Counted from the first letter of the stretch, positions 37,608 through 49,100 are shown. The stretch is DNA of 64,000 nt from an uncultured Selenomonas sp. (GCA_963521685.1 CAUQVG010000002.1:12041-76040), one strand, 5' to 3'. Program-made: numbers and translations. The notes: a model not told the origin generated them from the letters alone.

Positions 37608-38604
37608 GATTAGTGCTGGTATCATTGGGACAGGATACTGTGTTCCGGACCGGGTGCTGACAAACTTTGACCTGGAGAAGATGGTCCAAACGAGTGATGC
37701 TTGGATTGTCGAGCGTACCGGTATTCATGAACGGCGCATTGCCGCCGATGATGAGCCAGTGTCTGTAATCGCTCAGCGTGCTGCCGAGATGGCACTCGCC
37801 GATGCGGGCGTACAGGCGGAAGAGCTGGACCTCATCATCATGGCGACGCTCACATCAGACCGCATCATTCCGGCGACATCATGTGTACTGCAGGATCGTC
37901 TCGGGGCAAAGCATGCGGCAGCGTTCGATCTCTCGGCGGCATGCTCCGGCTTTGTTTACGCCTCATCCATTGCTGCCCAGTTCATTGAAAGCGGTACCTA
38001 CCGCCGCATTCTCGTGATCGGCGGGGAGATCCTCTCCAAGGTTATTGACTGGCAGGACCGCAATACCTGCATCCTCTTCGGAGACGGCGCAGGTGCAGCT
38101 GTGTTCGGACCGGTAGAGGAAGGGTACGGCATGCGTGCCTTTGATCTCGGCAGCGACGGTTCGGGCGGCGATGCACTCGACATTCCGTCGAGCGGCAGCC
38201 TTTGCCCCGTGACACCCGAGACCATCGAGCAGCGGCTCAACTTCGTCCATATGGACGGCAAGGCGGTGTTCCGCTTTGCGACAAAGGTTATGGGCAAGAC
38301 CGTGGAGACATCTCTCGCACGTGCGGGGATGCAGCGGGAGGAATTGGATTTCCTGGTGCCCCATCAGGCGAATATCCGTATTATCCAGGCGGCTGCCAAG
38401 CGACTTGACATGCCGATGGACAAAGTTATTATAAATATTCATCGTTACGGCAATATGTCTGCCGCATCCATCCCTGTCGCCCTCGCGGAGGCGGCACACG
38501 CGCATCAGTTCAAAAAGGGAGACAACATTGCCCTCGCAGGTTTCGGTGCGGGACTTACATGGGCGTCGTGTATTATGAAGTGGGCAAAGGAGGAAAACGA
38601 TTAA
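37600..38604 (+). CDS. fabH: Beta-ketoacyl-ACP synthase III
   Basis: AACSGF, PHQAN, YGNMSAAS, GFGAG. Confidence 0.97.
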   Translation: MPKISAGIIGTGYCVPDRVLTNFDLEKMVQTSDAWIVERTGIHERRIAADDEPVSVIAQRAAEMALADAGVQAEELDLIIMATLTSDRIIPATSCVLQDRLGAKHAAAFDLSAACSGFVYASSIAAQFIESGTYRRILVIGGEILSKVIDWQDRNTCILFGDGAGAAVFGPVEEGYGMRAFDLGSDGSGGDALDIPSSGSLCPVTPETIEQRLNFVHMDGKAVFRFATKVMGKTVETSLARAGMQREELDFLVPHQANIRIIQAAAKRLDMPMDKVIINIHRYGNMSAASIPVALAEAAHAHQFKKGDNIALAGFGAGLTWASCIMKWAKEEND

Positions 38605-39551
38605 TGTTTGAACATAATCCGATTTGTCAGATGCTTGGTATCAAGTACCCCATCTTCCAGGGCGGTATGGCATGGATCGGCACAGCGGAGCTGGCGTCTG
38701 CTGTTTCCAATGCGGGCGGGCTCGGTCTCATCGGTGCCGGCCATATGCCGCCGGATGCGCTGCGCAATGAGATCCACAAGGTAAAGGGATGGACGGATAA
38801 GCCCTTCGGTGTCAACGTGATGCTCATGAGTCCGTTCGTCAAGGAGGTCATGCAGGTTATCCTTGAGGAGCGTGTTCCGGTCATCACGACTGGTGCGGGC
38901 AACCCCGGCGAGTATGTTCCGGCTCTCAAGGAAATCGGCTCGAAGGTCATCCCTGTCGTGGCATCCGTGGCGCTTGCGCGTCGTCTCGTGCGCACGGGCG
39001 TGGATGCCGTGATCGCCGAGGGTACGGAGTCCGGCGGCCACATTGGCGAGATCACGACGATGGCGCTTCTCCCGCAGGTTGTCGATGCAGTGGATGTTCC
39101 TGTCATCGGAGCAGGCGGCATCGGCGACTCCCGCGGCATGGCCGCAGCATTTGCGCTCGGTGCCAAGGCGATCCAGATGGGCTCTCGCTTCGTGCTCAGC
39201 GAGGAGTGCATTGCGCACCCGAACTACAAGAATGCCGTGCTCAAGGCAAAGGACCGCTCTACTGTGGTCACGGGCCGCTCACTCGGACATCCGGCGCGCG
39301 TTCTCCAGAACAAACTCTCGCGCAAATACGAAGAGCTGGAGGCGGCAGGTGCCTCGAACGAGGAGCTTGAACAGCTCGGCGTCGGCAGCCTGCACCGTGC
39401 AACACACCAGGGTGATGTGGACAACGGCTCTGTCATGATCGGTGAGATCTCCGGCATGCTGGCAGATATTAAGCCGGTTGCGCAGATCATCGAGGACATC
39501 GTAAACGGGCTTCCGGGTGCGATGGACGCGGCACGCGCAACCTGCGCGTAA
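38604..39551 (+). CDS. fabK: Enoyl-ACP reductase II
   Basis: YPIFQGGMAW, EGTESGGHIG, position between fabH and fabD. Confidence 0.93.
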   Translation: MFEHNPICQMLGIKYPIFQGGMAWIGTAELASAVSNAGGLGLIGAGHMPPDALRNEIHKVKGWTDKPFGVNVMLMSPFVKEVMQVILEERVPVITTGAGNPGEYVPALKEIGSKVIPVVASVALARRLVRTGVDAVIAEGTESGGHIGEITTMALLPQVVDAVDVPVIGAGGIGDSRGMAAAFALGAKAIQMGSRFVLSEECIAHPNYKNAVLKAKDRSTVVTGRSLGHPARVLQNKLSRKYEELEAAGASNEELEQLGVGSLHRATHQGDVDNGSVMIGEISGMLADIKPVAQIIEDIVNGLPGAMDAARATCA

Positions 39552-39562
39552 GGAGCATCATT

Positions 39563-40498
39563 ATGGGAAAACTCGCATTTTTGTTCCCCGGACAGGGAGC
39601 GCAGGTTGTCGGTATGGGGAAGGATTTTTTCGATGCCTATGATCATGCAAAGAAGCGTTTTGAAGAGGCAGATGAGGCACTCGGTTACTCCATCAGCAAA
39701 CTTTGCTTTGAGGGGCCGGCCGATCAGCTGCAGCTGACGGAGCATACGCAGCCTGCAATTCTCACGGTGTCTGTCATTGCCGCAGAACTTCTGCGCGCAG
39801 AGGGAATCGCACCTGAGATTGCTGCCGGGCACAGCCTCGGCGAATATTCTGCGCTCGTATTGGCAGGCGTGCTCTCCTTCCAGGATGCTGTGGTGCTTGT
39901 GCATAAGCGCGGTGCCTATATGCAGGAAGCAGTTCCTGTGGGCGAGGGGGCAATGGCTGCCGTCATCGGTCTTGATGATGAGAGCATCGTTGCTGTCTGT
40001 GCTGAGGCGAGTGCTGCAGGTGCCGTCCAGGCGGTCAACTTCAACTGTCCGGGCCAGACCGTCATTGCCGGCACGGCGAAGGGCGTAGAGACAGCTGTTC
40101 AGATGCTGCAGGAGAAGGGCGCGAAGAAGGCCGTGATCCTGCCGGTTTCCGCACCGTTCCATTCTACGCTTATGGAGCCTGCGGCGAAGAAACTGGCAGC
40201 GGAATTGGATAAGGTGCAGCTGCATGATGCAGCATTTCCCGTGGTTTCGAACTATACGGGCGGCCTCCAGCAGAGGGCAGCGGAGATTAAGGCAAATCTC
40301 ATTGCACAGGCAGATCATCCTGTGCGTTGGATTGCGTGCGTCAATACGATGCGCGAATTCGGTGCGGATACCTATGTCGAATGCGGCCCGGGCAAGACGC
40401 TCGCGGGCTTCAACAAGCGCATCGACAAGACACTCACGAGCCTCAACGTCGAGAATGCTGCATCTCTGCAAAAAACACTTGACACACTAAAGAAGTAA
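39563..40498 (+). CDS. fabD: Malonyl CoA-ACP transacylase
   Basis: FPGQGAQ, GHSLGEY, VSAPFHS. Confidence 0.97.
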   Translation: MGKLAFLFPGQGAQVVGMGKDFFDAYDHAKKRFEEADEALGYSISKLCFEGPADQLQLTEHTQPAILTVSVIAAELLRAEGIAPEIAAGHSLGEYSALVLAGVLSFQDAVVLVHKRGAYMQEAVPVGEGAMAAVIGLDDESIVAVCAEASAAGAVQAVNFNCPGQTVIAGTAKGVETAVQMLQEKGAKKAVILPVSAPFHSTLMEPAAKKLAAELDKVQLHDAAFPVVSNYTGGLQQRAAEIKANLIAQADHPVRWIACVNTMREFGADTYVECGPGKTLAGFNKRIDKTLTSLNVENAASLQKTLDTLKK

Positions 40499-40536
40499 TG
40501 ATTAAATGAATTCGGTCATGAGTAAGGAGGGTATCC

Positions 40537-41280
40537 ATGCTTCTTGAGGGGAAAGTTGCTCTTGTTACGGGCGGGTCCCGCGGCATTGGACGCGCCGTTG
40601 CCATACGTCTCGCAGAGGAGGGCGCGAAAGTCGCCGTCAACTATGCGGGCAACCAGGCGGCAGCCGAGGAGGTTAAGACCGTCATCGAACAGCGGGGCGG
40701 TACAGCACTCCTCGTTCAGGCTGATGTTTCGGACAGCACCGCGGCGGCAGATATGGTCGCACGCGTCCATGAAGAACTGGGCGGCCTCGATATTCTCGTC
40801 AACAATGCGGGCATTACGCGCGATACGCTGCTCGTCCGCATGAAGGATGAGGATTTCGATGCGGTAATCAATACGAATCTCAGAGGCATCTACTCCTGCA
40901 CTAAGGCCGCTGCGAAATTCATGACGAAGCAGCGCCGCGGGCGCATTGTGAACCTATCCTCTGTTGTCGGTGAGATCGGCAACGTGGGACAGACGAACTA
41001 CGCCGCTGCAAAGGCCGGCGTGATCGGTTTCTCGAAGGCTGCGGCAAAGGAGTTTGCAGCGCGCGGAATCACGGTCAATGTCGTTGCGCCCGGATTCATT
41101 GAGACCGATATGACAGCTGTCCTTAAGGACAGCATTCGCGCAAAGATTGTCGAGGGCATTCCTCTCGGCGCACTCGGCAAACCGGAGCATGTTGCCGATG
41201 CCGTACTCTTCCTTGTGAGCGATGCGGCATCGTACATTACTGGCCAGACGCTGAATGTAGATGGCGGCATGGTTATGTAG
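40537..41280 (+). CDS. fabG: 3-oxoacyl-ACP reductase
   Basis: TGGSRGIG, NNAGITRD, YAAAK. Confidence 0.97.
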   Translation: MLLEGKVALVTGGSRGIGRAVAIRLAEEGAKVAVNYAGNQAAAEEVKTVIEQRGGTALLVQADVSDSTAAADMVARVHEELGGLDILVNNAGITRDTLLVRMKDEDFDAVINTNLRGIYSCTKAAAKFMTKQRRGRIVNLSSVVGEIGNVGQTNYAAAKAGVIGFSKAAAKEFAARGITVNVVAPGFIETDMTAVLKDSIRAKIVEGIPLGALGKPEHVADAVLFLVSDAASYITGQTLNVDGGMVM

Positions 41281-41315
41281 CATACAATCAATCTATTTAA
41301 AGGAGGTGAAAACAC

Positions 41316-41546
41316 ATGGCAACGTTTGACAAGGTTCGCGACATCGTCGTAGAACAGCTTGGCTCGGAGGCTGATGAAGTCACCCTGGAGTCCACCTTCA
41401 TTGACGATCTTGGCGCAGATTCGCTCGACATCGTTGAGCTCATCATGGCTTTTGAGGAGGAATTCAATGTAGAAATTCCCGATGAGGCTGCTGAGAAGAT
41501 TAAGACGGTTCAGGATGTCGTCAATTACATCGATCAGAATAAGTAA
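41316..41546 (+). CDS. acpP: Acyl carrier protein
   Basis: [12 protein letters not shown]. Confidence 0.98.
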   Translation: MATFDKVRDIVVEQLGSEADEVTLESTFIDDLGADSLDIVELIMAFEEEFNVEIPDEAAEKIKTVQDVVNYIDQNK

Positions 41547-41595
41547 GGCATAGCAGCATTCTGCTGCATAAGTGCACAAAACTGGTCTTTTAGGG

Positions 41596-41630
41596 AAATC
41601 CCGTGATAGCTGAGGCGCACGGGATTTTTC
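41596..41630 (+). terminator. Terminator after acpP
   Basis: AAATCCCGTG...CACGGGATTTTT. Confidence 0.75.
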
Positions 41631-41810
41631 TCAAAAGGCATACTGACTTTGCATAAAATCAGGATGAGTGAACATCCTGCTGTAATAAATCCGACTGTCA
41701 GCCGGCGCTGTGTTGTCCGGCTGGAGGAGGAGCCAAAACTTCTTGTGGGGGGGAATCCGGCTTGTGTCCGGTGCTGCTGTGTGGCGATCTCTCCCGATTG
41801 GAGGGCTTAT

Positions 41811-42758
41811 ATGAGACTACCCGAGGTGAGGATTGGCAGCAAGGTTGCCACCGTCCCCATCATACAGGGCGGTATGGCGATTCGAATCACGACGGCACGG
41901 CTCGCAGCCGCCGCTGCGAACGAGGGCGGTATCGGACTCATCGCGGCCTCCGGCATGAAGCCGCAGGAACTGCGCTATGAGATTCGGCTTGCGCGCTCGC
42001 TTTCTCCCGATGGGATCATCGGCATCAATGAGATGGTCGCGGCAAGCGACTTTTCGGATGCCGTTAAGACTGCGATTGATGAGGGGATTGATCTCGTCGT
42101 CGCCGGTGCGGGATTTTCCCGCGATATGTTCCAGCTCGGCAAGGACTCCGGTACGCCGATCGTTCCGATTGTCTCTACGGCAAAGCTTGCGAAGATTGCC
42201 GAGAAACTCGGCGCGGCTGCAGTTGTTGTCGAGGGAAAAGAGGCCGGCGGACATCTTGGCACGGACCAGTCCGTGCGCAATATCATCTCCGATGTGCGCG
42301 CAGCGGTGAAGATTCCCGTCTTTGCTGCCGGAGGCATTCTGACCGGGCAGGATATTGCCGATCTGCACAAGATGGGGGCGGACGGCGTACAGCTCGGTTC
42401 GCGCTTTGCCGCGTGTGTCGAGTCAAATGCTGCGCCGACGCTGAAGCAGTACTATCTGAAATCCAAGAAGGATGATATTGTGATCATCCATAGTCCGGTT
42501 GGACTCCCGGGGCGTGCAGTACGCACGCCGTTCTCCGCACGGATTCTCAAAGGACCCGTGCCGCCGACGGTCTGTGACCGCTGTCTCAAACAGTGTGATC
42601 ACCACTTCTGCATCATTCGCGCACTCTCGCGTGCGCAGCAGGGAGACCTCGAGACAGGCCTTGTATTTACAGGGGAATTCATGCCGCGCATCAATCGGAT
42701 TTTGACCGTTCATGAGATCTTTGAGGAGCTGAAACAGCAGCTTGAGGAAGCGAACTAG
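41811..42758 (+). CDS. Nitronate monooxygenase/FabK-family flavoprotein with C-terminal Cys cluster (FabX-like)
   Basis: PIIQGGM, EGKEAGGHLG, SPVGLPGRA, CDRCLKQC..FCI. Confidence 0.8.
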   Translation: MRLPEVRIGSKVATVPIIQGGMAIRITTARLAAAAANEGGIGLIAASGMKPQELRYEIRLARSLSPDGIIGINEMVAASDFSDAVKTAIDEGIDLVVAGAGFSRDMFQLGKDSGTPIVPIVSTAKLAKIAEKLGAAAVVVEGKEAGGHLGTDQSVRNIISDVRAAVKIPVFAAGGILTGQDIADLHKMGADGVQLGSRFAACVESNAAPTLKQYYLKSKKDDIVIIHSPVGLPGRAVRTPFSARILKGPVPPTVCDRCLKQCDHHFCIIRALSRAQQGDLETGLVFTGEFMPRINRILTVHEIFEELKQQLEEAN

Positions 42759-42790
42759 GGTATCCTGCTCTAGGAAAGGAGTCGATTGGT

Positions 42791-44035
42791 TTGAAAAAGA
42801 GAATTGTCGTTACGGGGGTTGGCCCGATTACGCCGATCGGCATTGGAAAGGATGCCTTCTGGGATGCGCTGCTCGCAGGAAAGAACGGTATTGAACGCAT
42901 TACGCGCTTCGATGCGGAGAACTACGCTGCACAGATTGCCGGTGAGGTCAAGGACTTTAGCGTTGATGGCTACATCGATAAGAAAGAGGCAAAGCGCATG
43001 GACCGCTATGCTCAGTTTGCCGTTGTTTCGGCAGGCATGGCAATCAAGGATGCGGGGCTTGACCTCGACAAGGAGAACCGCGACCGGATCGGTGCTTATG
43101 TCGGTGCAGGCATCGGCGGCATTGAGACCATGCACGGCACCTACGAGCGTCTCTTTGACAAGGGGCCCGAACGCGTCAGTCCTTTCTTTATCCCGATGAT
43201 GATTGCCAATATGGCAGCGGGACAGGTTGCGATCAACTATGGTCTGCATGGGCCTGTGTCCTGTGTCGTGACGGCATGCGCCACAGGGGCAAACTGCATC
43301 GGCGATGCATTCCGCGTCATGCAGCGCGGTGAGGCCGACATTATGATTGCCGGCGGCACGGAGGCGAGCATCTCAGAGGCAGCGAGCGCAGGCTTTGCTG
43401 CAATGAAGGCGCTCTGCACGGACCATAACGATGATCCGGCACATGCCTCCCGTCCGTTCGATAAGAATCGTTCGGGCTTTGTCATGGGCGAGGGCGCAGG
43501 TCTTGTCGTGCTTGAGACACTCGAGCATGCAGAAGCGCGTGGTGCGCATATCTACGCAGAGCTGGTCGGCTATGGCTCGAACTCCGATGGCTATCATATT
43601 ACAAGCCCCGCACCGCATGGTGAGTATCAGGCGAAGTGCATGCAGCTTGCACTTGACGATGCCGGACTGAAGCCGGAAGACGTTGACTATATCAATGCGC
43701 ATGGTACCTCGACGCATATGAATGATCTGTGCGAGACTGAGGCGATCAAGACAGTTTGGGGCGATGCGGCAAAGGATATTTCCGTTTCCTCCATTAAATC
43801 GATGACCGGCCACCTCCTCGGTGCGGCGGGCAGCGTGGAGCTTATCGCAGCGGCGCTTTCTGTCGAGAAGGATATGCTTCCCCCGACGATCAATTACGAT
43901 ACGCCGGATGAGGGGCTTGATCTCGACTATGTGCCGAATCAGTCGCGTGCAAAGACGGTTCGTGCAGCCATCTCGAATTCCTTTGGTTTCGGCGGACACA
44001 ATGCCTGCCTCGTTGTCAAGAAGTATCAGAAGTAA
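42791..44035 (+). CDS. fabF: Beta-ketoacyl-ACP synthase II
   Basis: TACATG, NAHGTST, GHLLGAAG, SFGFGG. Confidence 0.97.
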   Translation: MKKRIVVTGVGPITPIGIGKDAFWDALLAGKNGIERITRFDAENYAAQIAGEVKDFSVDGYIDKKEAKRMDRYAQFAVVSAGMAIKDAGLDLDKENRDRIGAYVGAGIGGIETMHGTYERLFDKGPERVSPFFIPMMIANMAAGQVAINYGLHGPVSCVVTACATGANCIGDAFRVMQRGEADIMIAGGTEASISEAASAGFAAMKALCTDHNDDPAHASRPFDKNRSGFVMGEGAGLVVLETLEHAEARGAHIYAELVGYGSNSDGYHITSPAPHGEYQAKCMQLALDDAGLKPEDVDYINAHGTSTHMNDLCETEAIKTVWGDAAKDISVSSIKSMTGHLLGAAGSVELIAAALSVEKDMLPPTINYDTPDEGLDLDYVPNQSRAKTVRAAISNSFGFGGHNACLVVKKYQK

Positions 44036-44039
44036 GGAA

Positions 44040-44756
44040 ATGGCATACCGTATGACCGGGGAGCGGCGTGCGCAGCTTGCACACCTTTCTGAAAAAATCG
44101 GAGTTTCCTTCCGTGATCTCTCGCTTCTCGACGAGGCATTGACACATCCTTCCTATACAAATGAAGCGAAGGATTCTATACCGCATAATGAACGCCTGGA
44201 GTTTCTGGGCGATGCCGTGCTGGAGCTTGCCTCCAGCACGTATTTATATGCACATTTTCCGGCGTGTTCTGAGGGCGAACTGACCAAAATGCGCGCGAGC
44301 CTCGTCCAAAGCGAGACGCTTGCGCGTCTGGCACGTGCCCTTGCTCTGGGCAGCTATCTGCGTCTTGGCCGCGGAGAGATGCACAACGGCGGAGCCGATC
44401 GCCAGAACAACCTTGAGAATGCCTTTGAAGCCGTCATTGGAGCGGTTTATTTGGACCAGGGGTGGGAGGCGGCACAGGAGTATGTTGCGCGTCAGCTTGC
44501 AGAGGAGGCACTTTGTGTCAAGCCGACCCATGTTGCGCGTGATTACAAGACTGCTTTGCAGGAACATATCCAGCAGAAACGCCATGAACGTATTTCCTAT
44601 GAGCTGATTGCCGAGAGCGGCCCGGATCATGACAAGCGTTTTACCATCCGTGTCCTTGTCGGAGAACAGGCGATGGGAGAGGGAACGGGACGCAGCAAAA
44701 AAGAGGCGGAGCAGCATGCGGCTGCCTGCGCTCTTCAGCATCTGGGATGCAGTTAG
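44040..44756 (+). CDS. rnc: Ribonuclease III
   Basis: HNERLEFLGDAVL, dsRBD DYKT.LQE...GRSKKEAEQ. Confidence 0.97.
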   Translation: MAYRMTGERRAQLAHLSEKIGVSFRDLSLLDEALTHPSYTNEAKDSIPHNERLEFLGDAVLELASSTYLYAHFPACSEGELTKMRASLVQSETLARLARALALGSYLRLGRGEMHNGGADRQNNLENAFEAVIGAVYLDQGWEAAQEYVARQLAEEALCVKPTHVARDYKTALQEHIQQKRHERISYELIAESGPDHDKRFTIRVLVGEQAMGEGTGRSKKEAEQHAAACALQHLGCS

Positions 44757-44932
44757 AGATGCGTTAAACTTTACGTTGGCGCGCACATCATTTCTTGACT
44801 TTTTTAATTTGCTTAGATAATATAAATCTGCATGGCAGGAAGTCTCAATGCGGATACCTGCCCTTCTTCATAAAAGAATTCAGAGAGAACACGAGATTGT
44901 TATAGGGAATGGGAAAAGAGGAGGTTTTTTAT

Positions 44933-46123
44933 TTGTTTGAGATCAAAAGAGGCCTTGGCGTTTTTGCTGCCGCTGTTCTGGCAATGAGCATGCTCCTGAC
45001 AGGCTGCGGCGGTCAGCAGGGGGGCGGCGCACGCCCAACTCCGGTCAAGGCGATGAATGCGCTGCGTCAGGATACGCCTCTCACACACATATATGCAGGC
45101 CAGATCATAGGGACGGACGAGGTGAAAATCCAGTCCCGCGTTTCCGGCAATATTGTGGAGAAATACATTACGGGGGGGCAGTTTGTCACCGTAGGCCAGC
45201 CGCTTTACCGTATCGACTCCCGCCAGTACGAGAGCGCGGTCCTTCAGGCGCAGGCAAACCTTGCACAGGCTGAGGCGACGCTCAATAATGCGCGCATGGA
45301 TTTGAGCCGTTATGAGTCGCTCTATGCGAGTGCGGCCATCTCAGAGCAGACCCTCTCTACCCAGCGGGCACAGGTGAGTTCCTATGAGGCAGCAGCAGCA
45401 GCGAATGCAGCGCTCCTCCGCCAGGCACAGGAGAATCTGGCAGATACGACGATTTATGCGCCCATGACGGGGCAGCTCTCCGTGGATGATGTGGCGATGG
45501 GGACTTTTGTCTCGGCTGGGACAACGACACTTGTTTCGATGGGTACGTCGAGTCCGATCTATGCGCAGTTTAGTCTCTCGGAAAATGAGTATCTGGAGTT
45601 TGTAGAGCAGGCGGCAAAGACGGGCGGAATTGCTGCGGTCGCTGTGGAGCTGACACTCTCCAACGGGTCTAAGTATCCGATTATCGGACATATTGCGACG
45701 GTAGACCGTGCACTTGCGGCTCAGACGGGAACGCTTACAGTGAAGGCTCTCTTTGATAATCCGGACGGGCTCCTGCTTCCGGGGATGTTTGCCCGTGTCA
45801 GCCTCATCGGCGATACCCTTCCGAACGCAATTCTCGTTCCGGAGCGCGCTGTTCAGCAGCTGCTCGGCAAGTCCTTTGTCATGCTGGTAGGAGAGGACAA
45901 CAAGGCCGTGGCACGCACGATCACCGTCGGGGATAAGATCGGCAGCTACTATGTGGTCAAGGATGGTCTCGATGCTTCGGATATTGTCGTGGTCGAGGGA
46001 CTTACGACCCTTCAGGAGGGCGGCGATCTTGCAGTGACAATGGTGACTGCGGACGAGATAGGCTTCTCAATCGAGGGGGATTCCTCCAGCTTCAATACGA
46101 GCGCACTTACGCCCGCGCAGTAA
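44933..46123 (+). CDS. RND efflux periplasmic adaptor (lipoprotein)
   Basis: Lipobox LLTGC, SRVSG, IYAPMTG, LLPGMF; TTG after GAGGAGG. Confidence 0.9.
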   Translation: MFEIKRGLGVFAAAVLAMSMLLTGCGGQQGGGARPTPVKAMNALRQDTPLTHIYAGQIIGTDEVKIQSRVSGNIVEKYITGGQFVTVGQPLYRIDSRQYESAVLQAQANLAQAEATLNNARMDLSRYESLYASAAISEQTLSTQRAQVSSYEAAAAANAALLRQAQENLADTTIYAPMTGQLSVDDVAMGTFVSAGTTTLVSMGTSSPIYAQFSLSENEYLEFVEQAAKTGGIAAVAVELTLSNGSKYPIIGHIATVDRALAAQTGTLTVKALFDNPDGLLLPGMFARVSLIGDTLPNAILVPERAVQQLLGKSFVMLVGEDNKAVARTITVGDKIGSYYVVKDGLDASDIVVVEGLTTLQEGGDLAVTMVTADEIGFSIEGDSSSFNTSALTPAQ

Positions 46124-46135
46124 GGAGGGAATCCT

Positions 46136-49100
46136 TTGGCAAAATTTTTCATACATCGGCCGATCTTTGCAATCGTCATTGCGGTGATGATTGTCATCGT
46201 CGGTACGATTGCAGGATTCTCGCTGCCGATTGCGCAGTACCCGCAGATCTCGCCGCCAACCGTTGCCGTTTCGGCGAACTATGTCGGCGCGAGTGCCGCT
46301 GTTGTCAATGAGACGGTGGCGCAGGTCATCGAGGAGCAGATCAACGGCACCCAGGGGATGGACTACATGAGTTCCACCTCTGATGATACGGGACGGTACA
46401 GCCTCTCCGTCACCTTCGAAGTCGGTACGGACGGCGACATGGACGCTGTCAAGGTACAGAACAATGCGGCAGGTGCAAATGCGAGCCTTCCGTCCTCCGT
46501 TCAGGCGGCAGGCGTTACAACGCGCAAGTCCTCGGGACAGATGGCATACTTTGTTTCGATGTACTCTGAGGACGGCACCTATGACCGCGCATTCATGAAG
46601 AACTATGCGACGCTCTACTTCCTTGACGCGATCAAGCGTGTCAACGGCGTGGGCGAGGTGCAGGTATTCGGTGCGGACTATGCGATGCGCGTCTGGATGA
46701 ATCCGGATCGCCTCGCAGAGCTCGGGCTGACCGTTGCAGACATCACGACGGCGATCAACGAGCAGAATGTGCAGGCACCTGCAGGTACGGTCGGCGGTAT
46801 GCCGACGGTGAACGGACAGGAAAAGCAGTTCACCGGCAAGGTGCAGGGGCGTCTCACAACACCAGAAGAATTCGGCAACGTCATCATCGCTTCTGGCAAG
46901 GACGGTACATTCGTCCGCCTGAAAGATGTCGCGCGCATTGAGACCGGGGAACGAAGCAACAATATCGTTGCAAAATTTAACGGTTATCCCGCTGTCGGTT
47001 TCGGTATTCAGCTGACCTCCGATGCGAATGCGATGACAACTCTTGCCGAGGTGCGCAAGATCCTCGAGGATGCGGAGAAAACATTCCCGCCCGGTCTCAA
47101 GATGAAGTCGGTCTTTGACAGTACGGATTACATCAACGCATCCATCACGGAGGTTGTGCATACCTTCCTTGAGGCGCTGCTGCTCGTTGTACTCGTCATC
47201 TTCATCTTTTTGCAGAGCTGGCGCGCAACGCTCATCCCGCTGCTCGCTGTGCCGGTCTCTCTGATTGGTACGTTCGGCGCATTTGTGCTGCTGGATTTTT
47301 CCATCAACACACTGACCCTCTTTGCTATGGTGCTTGCCATCGGTCTCGTTGTTGACGATGCGATCGTTGTTATTGAGAATGTTGAGCATCATATGGAGAG
47401 CGGCCTCTCACCGGTCGATGCGACCGAACGCGCGATGAACGAGGTGCAGGGGCCGGTTGTCGCTATTGCGTTTGTTCTTGCGGCGGTGTTTGTTCCCGTT
47501 GCCTTTCTTGGCGGCATGATGGGCGTTCTCTATAAGCAGTTCGCGCTCACCATTGCCATCTCGATGGCACTTTCTGCGTTTGTCGCTCTGACGCTGACGC
47601 CTGCGCTCTGCGCGATGATGCTGAAGCCGAAGAAGGAAAATGAGAAAAAAGGCATTCTCGGCCGCTTCTTTGATAAATTCAACAATTGGTTTGACCGTAC
47701 GCGCAAAGGATATGTCGGTATTGTTACGAATTTTATTCGTAAATCGAAGCTGGCTGTTATCTTCCTTCTTCTTGTCTGCGGTTTGACTGCAATCATCTAT
47801 CGGAATCTGCCGACCACATTTGTCCCTGAGGAAGACCAGGGCTACTTGATGATCGCGATTCAGCTGCCGCCGGGCACGTCCACGAACCAGACACAGAAGA
47901 CCGTGGACAAGATCCAGCAGGCAGCACAGCGAGAGATCAAGGGGCAGAGTGCTGTCATGTCCATCAACGGCTTTGATATCCTCGCGGGTGGAGCGAACTC
48001 CAACGGCGCGGTTGTCTTCGTCGGCATGAAGGACTGGTCGCAGCGCACAAGCCTGTACGAATCCGTTGCTGCTGCCGTCGGGACAATGTTCCGCGTCGGG
48101 GCGATGGAGGCCCCTGAGGCACTCGTCGTCGCCATCAACCCACCGGCTCTGCCGGGGCTTGGCAACGTCGGCGGCTGGTCGCTTCAGCTGCAGGATATGA
48201 GCGGACATTCCGATACGGAACTCAACGATATTGTGAATGCAATTCTTGCCGAGGCGAATACACGCTCCGAACTGCGAGGCGTGCGCTCCACGTTCAAGAT
48301 CAATGCACCGAGCTATCAGTATGAGATTGACCGCGAAAAGGTCAAGAACCTCGGTGTTCAGCTCTCAGATGTATTCACGGCGCTGCAGGTCAACTTCGGC
48401 GGCTACGAAGTGAATGACTTTAACCAGTTCGGGCGTACCTACAAGGTTGTCCTCCAGTCTGACGTGCTCTACCGCACCGAGGCAGAGGCGGCGAAGTTCG
48501 TGTTTGTCCGCAACTCTCAGGGCGGCATGGTTCCGCTTGATACGCTCCTGAAGCCGAAACTTACAACAGGACCGACTCAGATCAGCCGCTTCAACGGTGC
48601 GCGTTCGATCACGTTCCAGGGCAGTTCCGGCAGCGGATACAGCTCGGGTGAGGCGATGGCAGCCATCACCGAGATTGTGCAGAAACATGCGGGCTCCGGC
48701 TTTAACATCGAGTGGTCGGGACAGAGCCGCGAGGAGCAGAAATCTGCGGATTCGACCATGCAGGTGCTTGCACTTGCGCTCGTGTTTGTCTTTCTCTGCC
48801 TTGCAGCACTCTATGAGAGCTGGAGCGTGCCATTTGCAGTTCTCTTTACTGTACCGACGGGCATCTTTGGGGCGCTCTTCTCTGAGTATATCCTTGCGCT
48901 GATCTTTGGTACGATTGGCATCCCTGCGGCGGGCTATCAGAACAGCGTCTACATGCAGATCGGTGTCATCATGGTCATCGGTCTTGCAGCAAAGAATGCA
49001 ATTCTGATTGTCGAGTTTGCAAAGGTGCGCGTGGACCGCGGCATGGATCCGCTGAAAGCGGCGATTCAGGCGGCGGGTTTGCGTCTGCGCCCGATCCTCA

